Source of the DNA: Sminthopsis crassicaudata
Lineage: Eukaryota
Reading direction: 5' to 3'
Length of the DNA: 64,000 bases
Assembly: GCF_048593235.1 (NCBI RefSeq)
Contig: NC_133617.1
Location: forward strand, 664,000,958-664,064,957
Part shown: positions 11,035 through 25,020 of the stretch, piece by piece
Position numbering within the stretch: position 1 is the first letter of the stretch
Layout: the number at the start of each line of letters is the position of its first letter
Position numbers and translations under genes: made by a program
The notes under the pieces: generated by a model
What the model saw: the letters and a program-made list of their open reading frames with translations, nothing else
What the model was told of the DNA's origin: nothing
Database searches by the model: none

Positions 11035-12623
11035 GTAAATATAATTTTATTTTCGTAATAGTGTTTTTTTTTCAGTCATTATATTACATTCTGTGTACCT
11101 GTACTTCTAATATTTTGTCTGCTCTGTCAGATCACTGTCATCAGTACAGTTGATTGTAGAGACTGTCATTCTTTCTAATAGGACCATAAAAAAAGTTCTC
11201 TTGCTGTAGATGGCTTTTTGGAATTACAGATGATCCTTCTTGGAACAGAGCAAATATCTTAATGGGTTTGTTTTTGCCATTTGCTATCTCTTTTGGGTAT
11301 TCTGAAGTAGTTTTAATTGTTTAACATTGTTGTTGGATGATTAAGGGGATCTTAGAAGTATTATATTAAAATGATTCATAAATATGAAAATCTGAGGCCT
11401 ACAGAAGTTGAGTAACCTTGAGGTAGGAATTGGCAGCCCTGGGAAAAGGGAAAAATTAAACTACACATTTCCATTTTATGACAGAATTGGCAAAAAGTTT
11501 GAGAACATGTTGTTTAGATATTTATCAGCGAGCTTCTTTGGGATAAGAGTTAGATTATGTTTGCCAAGGCTTATTAATGATTATATTTTCTTTTGTAACT
11601 CTAGAATTTAGTGCTTAATAAATGTTTCCCTAGTGATAGTCACATTAGCCAGTTTTTTTTAACTTTTAGTGCTGTAGACAACTTATTAAGAATATAGGAT
11701 AATAGAGAAAACACTAGAATTCATTTATAGAAATAGTTCCCTTTTCTAAAAGATTTATATACCAATAAAATTACTGGTCCAATTCCTGTCCATGCCAGAT
11801 TGATATTTTCAAGAATGGCAATAGAAAAATTGATAGTCTCTTTAGACACTTAAGATTTGGTCTTTTCTGATTTGTTTATAATATAGCAGTTTATACATTT
11901 ATAGGTTATATAATGCTGGTGAAATAAAAGTTACCTTAAAACATAGACAGTTAGGTACATTTCTTGTGCACATGGTGTGTGTTCAATTGAGATGAGACTG
12001 GTAAAGAAAATTGATAAGTCTGGCTTCTTATTCTTTTCTTAACCTATGGATTCCAGACTTGTATTCAGATGTGATTTTGGAAATTGCCATGTTTACTAAT
12101 ACTTTATCGTTACTTTAACGTGTCAGCTTTTTCTTTACCATCCTTCATATCCATTTCATTATGCATGTTTAAAGTCCCTTTTGCTTTGATATGTAGGCTC
12201 TTCATAGTTTTTATACAATATTTGATGCCTTCAGCAATTATTCTGAAAACATGAATGGTGAATACTTAACCTGCCATTAAATATTACTTCTGTACATCAA
12301 ATGGAAATTAATTGATCCCTATCAGATGTATTCATTTATTGGGGGAGAGGAGTAGTATTTTTAACACATCTTTCAAGATGTAATTGTTCTGGCAATTGAT
12401 AAGTGTGTATATTTGATCTTATATATTTACATAGTGTTGTAAGATTAAAAGTCGCTTTAATCACAAAATCTGTGTTGGGGAAGGTAATATGAATATATTT
12501 TGTAGATAAGGAAATAGTTTTAGATTCTGAATTATTCAGGGTCACAACTGATGTTTGAACTAAACCTAGGTCCTCTCTATATCCAGAACTGTTTTAACTA
12601 TAGCACTCTCTAAAAGTAATTTG

Positions 12624-12698
12624 TTACATTTTCTGAAGATGTAAGCATGTGAGAAAGATTGTCTCAATTGTCTTCTCATGATAGAATGGTAACTATAA
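12624..12698 (+). pseudogene. Decayed partial duplicate of SETD2 exon 4 3' half plus its donor site
   Basis: 12644-12698 matches 10990-11044 at 50/55 nt, including GTAA donor; 12630-12641 matches 10959-10970 at 11/12 nt. Confidence 0.9.
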
Positions 12699-12699
12699 C

Positions 12700-12850
12700 A
12701 GCACAGTGTTAGAGTAGTTATCCCCAATTTACAGAGAAGGAAACAAATGCTCAGGGAAATGGGGTGACTTGTCCAGGGTTGTAGACCTGGTAAGTATCAT
12801 AGCTTGGGACTTGACTTCAAGTTTTCAGGCTCCAAAATCAGTTTTCTTTG
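12700..12850 (-). mobile_element. MIR SINE
   Basis: 'ttatccccaatttacagagaaggaaacaaatgctcagggaaatggggtgacttgtccagggt' is an antisense MIR core. Confidence 0.75.
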
Positions 12851-14225
12851 TATTTTGTAACCTGTTAACCTTTACAGGAAAAAAGGGGGAAGAAGCCATC
12901 TTTTCATTTTTAAAAATACTGTATCCTTTTGATTAATTTCAAAGTGTAGTATTCAGGTTTGCCAATTTCCATGTTAATCCTTACATAATTCAAAATGAGT
13001 TGGAGAAGTAGGAGTGTTATTCTGGTTTTCATTTTTCCAAAAGAATTGAAGAATTCTTCATAAAGACAAGAGAAAAGAAAATAATTAGAATAGATCTTCT
13101 TGCCTCTGGTCCCTCCCTTTGCTAAGCCTTTTCTACCAGATGAATTTATCTAGTTTCTTTTGGTCTTTTTATTTCCTTTCTTTAAAAACATTTTTAGTAA
13201 AAGAATATAACTTTTAAATTCTTTATCCTGATTGCCAAGGCCTTCTATACCCATTCTGTTTTTCCAATTTTACGCCTAATTATTCTGCATCCTAAGAATC
13301 GAGCTCAAAAGTTTTTTTTCAGTGAAACCTTTTTTCTCATTTACCTCAGCCTGAAATGAGCTCTATTCTCCATACTATTTTAAATAGCTGTTTTTGTAAC
13401 ATCTTTTCTGTAGTCTTGAAATGGTATTTTCATCTTATTATTCAATATTTCCTTTTTTTTTCCTTCCTATGTTGAGGGTAAATTACTTGAGAATAGTAAC
13501 TAGATCTTCAATTCATTCGTTCATTCATTTATTTATTTTTGTCGTCTTTCTTTAGGAACCATATTGGTGCTTGATATTTGTTTTAATTTGGGTCCTTCCT
13601 TTTGGTTTACTGACCAGAAGAAGAAGAAAAAAAAAGCTTGTCATTAGTTTGTATCTACTCTCAAACAATTTTTCTTAATTGGCAGGCCTGTGTTCATAAA
13701 GCTAGACCTTTTCTCAGATATTGATCTGGCGTTCGAATATATCAAGTGTCCTAAATTAACGGGTAACGAGTTTGATGGGGATTATGGAAAATAATAAATT
13801 GTACAGGGTAATAAATATTTCCTATTGAGTCGACTTTTGCAGGAAAGCCTGTGTGTACTTGTTATGAGATAGGAAACTAGTGTTATCTTTAGAGATTCAT
13901 TCTAGAGAACATTGTGTATGATCAATATCACTTTTAATGGAAAAATCATTAAAACGACAATAATCAAAACTGACAATCAAAACTCTTATCTGTAGGTTCA
14001 GAAATTTAAAAGTGTGGCCACAGTTAGTTCATTTATACTTTCTGATGCCTAGTTTCCTTATTTATTTTGTGGAGATAATCCTTTACTACACAAAGTTATT
14101 GTGAAAGAATATATAAACTTCTCTGTGAATGTAAACTGCTACATGGGATTATATATGAATGATAATTCAAACTGATCATTTTAAGTTAGTTCCTCACAGT
14201 TATCTTTACTACCATCTAATTTCAG

Positions 14226-14354
14226 TTCTTCTCGGTGTCCAAATGGAGACTATTGTTCAAATAGACGATTCCAGAGAAAACAGCATGCAGATGTGGAAGT
14301 GATATTAACTGAAAAGAAAGGCTGGGGTCTGAGAGCTGCCAAAGATCTCCCATC
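14226..14354 (+). CDS. SETD2: SETD2 exon 5 (129 nt; AWS end and SET start, [43 protein letters not shown])
   Basis: tttcag|T TCT TCT CGG...CCA TC|gtaagc; KGWGL SET motif. Confidence 0.97.
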
Positions 14355-15388
14355 GTAAGCCATCATTCCATTCTTTTTCAAACCAGACTTTTCCTTTATT
14401 GTATATGCTTTATAACTTGGATGTGTAAGGTACAGAGAAATGAATTTTCAGCTGTGAACATTAGTAACTGTCCAGTTAATGAAATTATCAAATATGTAGT
14501 AAAAATGGTTCTATTTGAGGAACACTTTCTTGGAATGTTAAAAATTATAAAATATCCTTTTTTAAAAAATATACAGACACTTGTTTCTATTATGATACTA
14601 TTTACTTTGTTTTGAATTGAGTAATCTACATTGAACATCCTCCATAAATATGGCTCATCTTATTTTTTAAGAAAATAAGAGAAATTATATTGATGCTATC
14701 TTTATTTTTTAGCAATCATTTTTATCCCTCTCATCCATTTTGCAACAAATAAAAACAATCAAAGTCAAGTATATGATAGAGACCATGTTATCAGGGTATA
14801 TATTACATTGTTCAAGTAATCCCCTTCCTCTTTCGCTGTATCCATGTGGGATATTGAGGGGAGGAAAAGGAAGGCATACTTTAGTGTCAGTTATGTAAGA
14901 CCTTTCTTCATTTTTTAGTTATTCGAGGTTGAATTTTGTTTTAATCTTTTTGTTTACATTATTATCATCTTGTATATTATTGTATCATCTTGTATATTTT
15001 CTTGATTCTGCTTATTATACTCTTATCTACTGATTAGTATTTTCCCATGCTTCTTTTAATTCTCTCTATTTATTACTGCATGATAGTATTATTTCATATA
15101 TTATTGTTTCTTCAGCCATTCCCCAGTTGGTGGGCTTTTACTTGGTGTTCTTGGCTATTACAAAGAAAGTAGTTGTGAATACTTTTCAACTATATCATTG
15201 AACTTTGATTTCCTTGGGGGTGTATGTATGGTATCAGAAACAATGGGTTTCAGGATATATGATGTGCATATCACTACCCTGCTAATCACCCAGATTTTTT
15301 GCAACTTTGACTTTCACTCCCTTTCCTTTCCCCCATATTCAATCCACTGTCAAGTTGTCAATTTTACATTTGTAACATCTTGTATGTG

Positions 15389-15392
<4 letters not shown>

Positions 15393-15445
<53 letters not shown>
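15393..15445. repeat. (TA)n microsatellite, about 26 units
   Basis: Direct reading. Confidence 0.95.
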
Positions 15446-15448
<3 letters not shown>

Positions 15449-16368
15449 CATTTTTTTCTCAGACACTGCATCATACTGATGTTGGCCTTCCAACACCTTA
15501 ACACCAGCAGTACAGCAATAGTCTGCTAATTAATCTTCCTGTTTAAAATATCTGTCCTCACTCTGAAAGATTCTTAACTTAGCTATTGTCAACTTGATCT
15601 TCCTAGAACACAGGTCTGATTTTTCAAAAAATTACAGTAATTGCTGTTGCCTCTGAGTTCAGATATAAAATGGCATTCAAAATCCTTTATAACCTGGTCT
15701 CTTCATCCTTTCCAGTTTTCTTATGTTTTATTTCTTTCGATGTACTTTCTCTTTGAGTGACACTGGATAGACAATCATCTCCCTTACTCCAGACATTTCT
15801 ACTAATTTTCTCCATGCTTGGAGTTCTTCCTCTCCTTGATTCATTTCACTCTGCTATCAACGCATACAAATGTATTTTCTCTGAATCTACCACTTAGTGC
15901 AAAATATTCCATTACATTCTGTAAAATGACAACATTGATTAAGGTTTTTGGAGTCCTTTTAAGATCTAAAATTGTATGTTTAGAAAATGATCATTTAAAG
16001 ATCTGATGATCTGAAATAGTTAAGATTAGGGAAATAAAACATAATGTTTTCTACTTTTACAATGAATATAATTAAAAGGGAAAATGTATTCATAAGACTT
16101 TCTTCAAGAGGAAGAAAAGTCAAAGCACTTGAAATTAAGCACTTACTGTACATAAAAGATAGGTTGGCACAGTAAGGGAATAAAGTAATTGTGACACATG
16201 GTGGTTCTTGTTCTTATGATATCTTATAAGTTTGGGCTACCAAGAACTATTCTCATTGAAAAATAAAAGCAGAATTTAAATAATTCTATCCTGGTTTTCA
16301 TAGGATTCTTATTGATTTTACCTCAACCAAACAGGATTATATTTAATCCCTAACCAGTGTTGCCCACT

Positions 16369-16370
<2 letters not shown>

Positions 16371-16407
<37 letters not shown>

Positions 16408-16541
16408 CTGAGGCAATTGGGGTTGAGACTTGTCCAGTTTCACACAGCTAGGAAATGTTAGTGTCTGAGATCAAATTTGAACTCAGGTCCTTCTGACTTC
16501 GGGGCTGGTACTCTATCCATTGTGCCATCTAGCTGCCCTCT
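16371..16541 (-). mobile_element. WSINE1-type dasyurid SINE with long poly(A) tail and TSD
   Basis: T-run 16371-16407 then 'ctgaggcaattggggtt...ctctatccattgtgccatctagctgccc'; TSD cccactaat at 16363 and 16542. Confidence 0.85.
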
Positions 16542-17779
16542 CCCACTAATTTTTATGCTGACCACCTCAGTATCTCATCAGATTCAATGTGCTTTGTGCA
16601 CAGCATTTTTACACTATTGGGAATTGTTACTAATTTTATGCCATTCTTTTTTTTCCTCATGTACAAATAACAAGTCTATTACCAGGGCACCTATGGAACT
16701 TTGTCACATTTGCATTGTTACAGATGTCTTAAATTTCTGTTTTATAAGCTTCTTGAGAATTTTCCAAAACTGGGAATTTTTTTGGAAGAGATCATTTCAG
16801 TTCTATAAACATTTAATATCTGCTATAGTGACTCATTTTGGTAGGTATTGGAAGTGTGAAGGCAAAACAAAACCTCTGTCTTCAAGAAGCTGACATTTTA
16901 CTGAATATTTAATGAACAAATAGCATTTATTGCTGTGAATACTTTTATCATTAAACAAAAGAATGAATAGGATTTGGACGAGTTGAGGGTGGGACAAAAC
17001 ATGTTAAATATGACAAATGGTATTCAAAATGTAAGAGGCATTGGGTAATAATGATTGCAAATAAATTTGTTAGATTCAGCCATGCTAAATAGGAAATAAG
17101 TTAACTGGGACTAGATTTTATAGTTTCTGGAATTACATAGGAAGGAGACTACTTTTAAGTAGTGTAGAACCATTGATGGCATTTTTCATCCCAAGTCTTT
17201 TGGAATTGCCTTGACTTATCCCATTGCTGAGAAGAGCCAAGTCCATCATATATCTAGTCATTACATAATCTTGTTACTATGTACAATGTTCTGGTTCTGC
17301 TCACTTTACTCAGAGTTACTTCATGTATATCTTGCCTACACTGGACCACATTCCTCTCTGCTCAGTTGAGACACACCTCTCCTGAAGTTCTTCCAAGATA
17401 TATCAAGCTAGAAAATTATTATACTCTGTTTGAAGGTTCAAAATCGTTCAGAGGCTTGATCTAAAGTTGATTCTGAGGGAACCCAGGAAGAGCTTCTTTC
17501 TGCTATTTTGGCACCCTCTTCCCATCTCTTCCACTCCCAGGATTGAGGAAGAATTACATAAAGAAGAAACAAGTATAACTAGGAATTTATATATTTATTT
17601 ATTTTTTTTAACAGTAAGTCTACCATTAGTTCTTGCTTGAATTATTCTAGTACCATTACTTAAGGAAGAGAAAAAACCGTAAGAAAAACTGCAGTGGAAA
17701 AATTTTTAACATTTAGTGATTGATTATTCAGGAGACTCATAAGGCAATCATGGAAGAAACCCAAAAATATCTTTGTTCT

Positions 17780-18340
17780 TGGATAATTAAGGAATGATGA
17801 TTCCCTTATATGTATATGTAGAGGAAAAATCTTGTTTTAAGTAAAAATGAGCCAAGGCTTTGTGCTTACTAAGTTTGAGGTAATTATGGGACATAATATA
17901 TAGAAAGTTGTACAGGCAATTAAAATGTGTAATGGAGCTAAGAAAGAAGTAAGAAATGAAATTAAAGATGAGAGATCTATTTTGAAAAGGTGAGAGTTTA
18001 AAATCATAGAATGAGGTCATTAGGAAGTATGTCTGCATAGAAGTTTCGGGACTGTGCACATTTTGGACAGGAGGAGAGTAGAGGAAATGGAAGATCAGGA
18101 GAGAGTGGGAGCTAATATGAGCCAAAACTGTCAGAACATAGAAAGGTAGTTGAGAACAGCAGCACCACAGACTAAGGGAGGAATTATATAAAAATGCAGA
18201 AGCTATGCTAAATGCTACAAAAGAAATCAAGAAGAATAATTGAGAAAAGGATATTGGATCTTTAAGTTCCTTGGTCATTTTAAACATATTTTAGCTTCAG
18301 GAATATTGGGTTTAAGGCCTTTAGTAATTTTAGAATGATA
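17780..18340 (-). mobile_element. L2 LINE remnant
   Basis: Purine-rich decayed sequence typical of antisense L2; boundaries approximate. Confidence 0.5.
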
Positions 18341-18651
18341 TTAGGAAGAGAGTAAGAGAATCCAGAGACAAGTGGTCTTTTGATTTAATTACATATATTA
18401 ATTGTTGTCCTTGAGTATACAACTTAAAAATTATTCAGGTAAGTTCCCAAATTGCTTTAAAGCTCTTGATCCATTGTATTGATGATGGTAATGCCTATAC
18501 TTTTTAAAGCTAAACTAGCTTGCTCATCAATGTTTCTTGTTAGAAATAAGTAGATTATGGGAAGTAATGTTTGTAATTTGCATGATTTACTAACTATTTA
18601 CAGCTTTAATACAGGGAATGGTGATTTTTTTTTCTTCCTTGAATTTTATAG

Positions 18652-18775
18652 GAATACCTTTGTCTTAGAATACTGTGGCGAGGTATTAGACCACAAAGAA
18701 TTTAAAGCCAGGGTGAAGGAATATGCCCGTAACAAGAACATCCACTATTATTTCATGGCACTGAAGAATGATGAG
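18652..18775 (+). CDS. SETD2: SETD2 exon 6 (124 nt; SET domain, NTFVLEYCGEVLDHKEFKARVKEYARNKNIHYYFMALKNDE)
   Basis: tttatag|G AAT ACC...GAT GAG|gtgagt; EYCGEV motif. Confidence 0.97.
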
Positions 18776-21104
18776 GTGAGTTAACTCCCAGGGATTGTTT
18801 CCTCTGTAACAAATAAAGAGAAATGATTAATATCTAGAATAATAACTATTTTGGTGGACTTCATAATTTACTATGTTGACTTTAAATTCCAAGGTATTGA
18901 GAGTATCAGTAATAGTTTTAGTAGAAGAGAAGCTTTGGTAGTCTAATGAATGTGAACATGACATTGAGGAGAACTGAATGTGTTTACTCTGAGAAGTAAA
19001 AGGGAAGGGACTAAAAATGAGGTGGGGGAGTTATTATTTTTTATGTTTTCCTCAGAAAAGAAGATAAATAGGGTACCAACTGGTCTACTGATAAATAGGA
19101 AGAGGAGCACAAACTAGGGAATAGATTAGCTTACCAAAGAAAAAAAGATATTATGTAATGTTCTTAAGGAGAATACAGAACTTAGTTTGTTTTAGCCAAG
19201 GTTAAGGTGATGTGAGACAGGAAATGAAGAGACAGGAAAGTGTAAAATATTCTAATAAATCAGAAGTGAAATTAATTTCAACAAATCAAATATAATTGAG
19301 TATGGGGGGAGGATTATACAGGAAGAGGAATAGCTTATTGGAGAAATGTTTTTAAGTTAAAAAACTTCTTTAAGCAAGGACACTGTGCTTATATTGAATA
19401 ACTTTTAATATGGCTGTATAAATCTGATGGGAAATGTAGTATGTAAATGAGGGCATGATGAGTAAGAAGGCAAAGTATAAGTGATATATGTTTATGATGC
19501 TGATAGCTGATCAATTGTTTGGATTTAGGAGTCTGAGACACAGAAAGGATAAAATGATAGAATGTTCACACTATGTCCAGCATCATTGTGGTCAGCTTCT
19601 GGGAATAAAGAGCTATTAAGCTGAGAAGATGAATCAGCTCAGATTAGAAATGGAGAAAATTACTATACCAATCAACAAGTTTTATCAGGCCCATAAGGAG
19701 GCCAGTCTTTTTTTGTAACAAGTGAGAAGGTATTTTAGGAAAAGTATAAAACCAAAATGGAATGGATGGGATCATGGGGAAAAGTTTCTGAGAATAAGAC
19801 AGATTGTGAATATTATTTATGTTCCATGGTCATATTCGTATTCTTTTCCCCCTCCCCCCCTTCAAGTTATTTCCTTCCTAGTAAATTTTCATTGGGTTTT
19901 TGAAGGCGTAATAATTCAGTACTTGCTGCATTTTTGACATTTGAAATGTGTTCAGAAGATTTAAATTTCTAATCACTTCAGGAAACAGAAGGAAAATGCA
20001 ATTTTTCTTATGTGCTTTATTAACAGACTGTTAATTGAATAGATTGATAATGCTTTGCTGGTCAGCAGTTTTGAAAGCCCACTTGTGTGTGTTTCTACAG
20101 TTGTATATATGGTGTACAAGAGATATTGATAATTGAAAAAAGCCTTCTCAAGAACTAATAGAGCAATTAACCATTTTTGTGTCACAGATTCCTTTAGCAA
20201 TATGAAGACTAGGGATGACTGGATCTTGGAATAATATTCTTAAATGCCTAGGATGGCAAAAATCAAATATGTTGAAAATAAAGAAAAATTTGAGGAAAAC
20301 AAATTCATTAGCCCCAGATTAAGAAGCCCTATTTCACAAAGAAATAGTTGTTACTGTATCTCACAGGATTGTTATGAAGATAAAATAAGATGTCTGTAAA
20401 GCACTTTGTATAGTGCCTGGTACATAGCAGATGCTTAATAAATGCTCCATTTCCTTTTGCTATTTGTAGAAAGATAGTTATTAATTAGGCTTTGTATACT
20501 AAATTTGGGGAGATGGTAATCTTGAGATAGTCACAATTTAACATGAAAAAGTAGAATATAAACTCTTAAATTAATCAGAAAAAAGAAATTAGATCTCTTT
20601 TGTATAACATGGTATTTAAAAATGAGTTTTTATGGATATTAGTGTTGTGATAAGGGACAGTGGATAGAGGAGTAGCCTTATAGTTTGGAAGATCTGCTTT
20701 CAGTAGATCTTAACTCTAGTCTTGAGGAAATCACTTAATTTCTCAGCTCTCCAATACAGTTCTCTTAAGTTTGTAAAAGTTGCAGATTGCTAATTTATAG
20801 TCTGTTAGTGGGCAATTTCCACACTGAGAGTTCCTAACACAGATGCTTAGACCTACTTTCCTGCCCCCAATTGTTGGGGTCCTTTGTTCTTTGAGTTTTA
20901 TTGTGGGTGCATCTATAATAAGGGATATAATTAGGAATAAACTTAATTAATATTGAGTGAATTTTGTGTATAAATAAAATGTATATTAGTGTTGGAGATG
21001 TTTGCTATATTAAGAAGTTCACTTCAGAATTTTGCTAACACCATAGGCAAGAAAGAAATTTAAGTCGGTTTTTAACAAGAACATTTTTAAAATTGCATTT
21101 GCAG

Positions 21105-21182
21105 ATAATAGATGCTACTCAGAAAGGAAACTGTTCTCGTTTCATGAACCATAGCTGTGAGCCAAACTGTGAGACACAGAAG
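21105..21182 (+). CDS. SETD2: SETD2 exon 7 (78 nt; [26 protein letters not shown])
   Basis: tttgcag|ATA ATA GAT...CAG AAG|gtaagt; intact catalytic RFMNHSC motif. Confidence 0.98.
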
Positions 21183-21754
21183 GTAAGTAACATGCAACTT
21201 AAACTTCAAAATCATAGATATGATGAAAACATCAAGTGGAAGTGTACATGTTAAAATATTATATTTGGTGCTTTTAGCACCTTTTATTGAATAAAATTTT
21301 AATCACTATTAAAAATATTTTAATTCTTAAGAAATAATACATGTAGTTTTTACACACTTAAATCATTTATGTAATAAATTTGTTATCTGAAAATTTGTAT
21401 ATGTCAAATTTTTGTATGTCATGTTTAAAGAAATTCTTCATAACTCTTGGTAATATAAACTATCTTCTCCCTAATTGTTTATGTCAAGATTTTTATGTAT
21501 TAAAATTTTTTTATATTAGATCATACATATATACATATGAATGCTTTATTGGTCCTTGGCTAGGTTATTCCCTAAATATAGGCAAATCTCCTAAATTGAG
21601 ATATTTTTTAAAAAGAAGAAAATTTTTTTATATATATTTATACCTTTAAAAAAAATTACTCTCCTTACCACTGTAGTTAGAGAGAAATAATACTTGGATC
21701 TCAGCTTTGATGGGAATTTGGGAAGAAGCTAACAGCTTCTCTAATATGCTCTTT

Positions 21755-21778
21755 CCCCCCCCCCCCCCCCCCCCCCCC
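21755..21778. repeat. C24 homopolymer (G-run on minus strand)
   Basis: Direct reading. Confidence 0.9.
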
Positions 21779-22179
21779 GAAAATTTCTAGGGCAGCCTTA
21801 GATGTTTCATTGAATAAGCAATAGCAGTACAAAGCAGAGCTTGTGAAATAAAATGCATACTTTTGTTTGGGGTAGTGTTAGGGAAATGCCTTTCATCTTC
21901 TCCTAGTACTTCACTTTCTGAGATATAGAATACAAACTAGAGCTGGTAGACTTCAAAAAGAGATGTCTTCTGTGAAAAATTGAGAGGTGTGTGGGGTCAT
22001 TTCTCAGTGACTAGTAAGGCTGACACTAAGATGTGACTATAGGAGCAATATTTGGTGGGGAAAAAATATAAGCTGTATTTGAACCCATTGTTGCTCATTA
22101 TTCGTGAATTAAATATTTTTTCCTAAATTGAAATGTTACTTTTTATTTTGACTGATGGAATTTTTTTATTGTGGTTCTT

Positions 22180-25020
22180 ACTGGCTTTCACTACTGTCAT
22201 CCCTAACTTAACTTGATTTTGCAGATCATTAATCTATCTACTCTATCTAGTGATTGCTTCCTTACTCCCTATAAACATACCCAAAGCTTTCTACCCTCCT
22301 CTTCCCTTATGGGAAACCCCATAAGCTTTTCCTCAAAAGTTTTACTTTGATCTCTCTAGTGTTGAGGCTATTTACAATCAGTATTTCCATTTCTGTCCCC
22401 TCTCTTCTTCAAACTCATTATTCAACTTAAACTACTCTCTCTAAAGTTAACAGTAGTTTGTTAACTGCCAAATTTAATGTCCTTTTCTCACTCCTCACTG
22501 ACCTTTCTGCAGCATTTGAGATTACTAACCACTTTTCGATACTTTCTTATCTCTAGGTTTTTGTAAGTGTTTTCTCTACCTCTCTAACCTCTCCTATTTA
22601 TTATGCTTTGCTGGGTCTCCATCATGCCCAACAGGATATTCCAGTAAGATCTGTATTGAACCCCTTTCTCTTTCTCTATACTATTTCATTTGGCTATCTA
22701 ACCAGTTCCTCATAGATTTAATAATTATCCCTATATTAGTGATTTCTTTTTCAATCCTAACTCCTCTCCTGACCTCCAATCTCACATCTCCATCTGCCTG
22801 TTGGACATTTGAAGATTGAATGTACCATAGACGTCTTATATATCAACATACTTAAAAATGAATCTGCTACCTTAACCTGTTTTTGTCTGGGATATCTCAA
22901 TCCTGTTAGTCACTCAGTCTCACAGCCTAACTCTTCATTTTTCTCACTTCTTATATCCAATCTGTTGTCAACTTGTACTAATTCTGTTCAACCATTGCAA
23001 CATCTCCCATATACGCCCCTTCCTTCTTCTGGCCCTGCCACTCATTCAGTAAGCTCCAGGGACTGTACTCCTTACACTCCAACTCCTACCCAATTACCAC
23101 ATACTTTGCAATCCAGTGACAGTGGCCTTCTTGCTGTACCATGCACAAGACATCTCCCAATTCCATCATTTTCACTGACTGTCCCTAAACCCGAAATCTT
23201 TTCTTCATCTCCATCTCTTGACTTCAGATGCCAGTTAAAATATACCTCTTCTACAAAAAGCTATTGCATGTCCTTCTTAATGCTTGTGACTTGCTCTAAA
23301 ATTATTTCCTGTTTATCCTGGCTGTATCTTTTTTGTTTGTATAGAATATGAGCTCCTTGAGAGGAGGGTCTAATTTTTGTCCTTCTTTTCCCTAGTACTT
23401 AGTGCAGTTTCTGATCCATAAGGCTAATAAAAATGCTTTCTGGTCAGACTCATTTGTGGCATATTGAGGCTTATTTGTTATTCTTTCTTCCTTATATGTG
23501 CATATACCAAAAGGAATATTTAAGAATCAGCTATAATGTGATACCATCTCTTTTCTTTGTAGCTATTAGTGATTTCTCTTTCCTCAAATTAGTTTGCATT
23601 TACTTGTCTGTACATATTATGTCCCACTAGAATATAAGTTCCTTGAGGTTAGGTATTCTTGTGTTTTTATTTATTCCTAGTGCTTAATATATAGTGCCTT
23701 AACAAATATTTGCTGATGTAGAATTGAATGATTGAATGAATGCTTGAAATTCAGTCACTTGATAGGGGCTTTTCTAGTCCATTTAAGATATAAATGAATT
23801 TATAAATATTGACATATTCTCCATTTATTAGGAATATAAAATCTATATAGTGAGAACCATCTAGCATCAATATCATAAATTATAATCTGGCATCCTCTTA
23901 ATGTCTCAAAAGCATATAACATTCAAAACTCATCTCAAAATCCTTGACATCATTCTCACTCTGTAACAAGGCCATTCTCTTTACTTATACTCTGGTTTCC
24001 ATTCCTCTTCCTTTCTATCTCCCGCAGATGGTACCCTCTCATTATTGTACTGTGTGTTTTATGTCTTCCTCCTATTCCACTTTTTGCCTCTTCCCCCTCA
24101 CCCTATTAAAAAAAAAAAAAAAAAGCAACTTCACTAAGTTCTGCCATTCTTCCAAACATTCTGTTTGTCCTTACTTTTCCACCTAAATTCTTAGGAAAAC
24201 ATGACCACACATTGCATTCACTTGCTTTTTTACTTACTCATTTCAAAATGGTCTTAAAACAGTAGTATCTGATGGTTTTTTCTCATTCCTTATCCTTTCT
24301 CTGTATTTTAGCACTGTAGACTTGCCACTCTTTTCTCTTTATGTAATCTGTGGAGTATTGTCTTACTTGATTTTATTTGCATATATTTTGTTGAAGTCTT
24401 TATTTTTTTTTATTTTTTTACTAAATCATCTTTTATTTCAGACCCATAAAATAGTTCCAAGGGTCTGTCCTACATTTCTTATTCTCTGTCTTGATGACTG
24501 TCAATTACCATGCATTTAATTATTGTCTTTATATAATTATCTCACAGATCCATATAGCTAGCCTCAATTTCTTCCCATTTCATGTTACCACTTGATATGT
24601 TCCTAATTGTCTATACCAGAGACTTCAAACTCAACATATATAAAACTGAATTCATTGTCTTTCTTGAAAGCCTTTCCTCCTGCCCTTTCCTGCCCGTACA
24701 TGTTCTCTTTTTCCAACTGTTCCTAGTTTTTTGAAAGATACCGCCATTCTTTTAGTTCTCAGGTTAATAATCTTGTTATCCTTGAAACCTTGGCCTTCCT
24801 CAATCCACTTAGATCCAGTTAGTTGTCATGTCTTGCATCATAAGCATATCCCACCACTTCTAGCCTAGATTATTGCAACAGCCTCCTGATTGTTTCTCTA
24901 CCTGAAGTCTCCTCCCTACTCATCTCCCATCTCCCACACAGCTGTCAAATTACTTTTTCTAAAACATAGGTCAGGTCATTTCTTTTTTTAATTAAATTCC
25001 AGGATTCTCTGTTGCCTCTA
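22180..25020 (+). mobile_element. Fragmented L2 LINE cluster
   Basis: Pyrimidine-rich L2-like body with L2 3' end 'gtgcttaatatatagtgccttaacaaatatttgctgatgtagaattgaatgattgaatgaatg' near 23690-23745; further L2-like sequence to about 25020. Confidence 0.6.
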
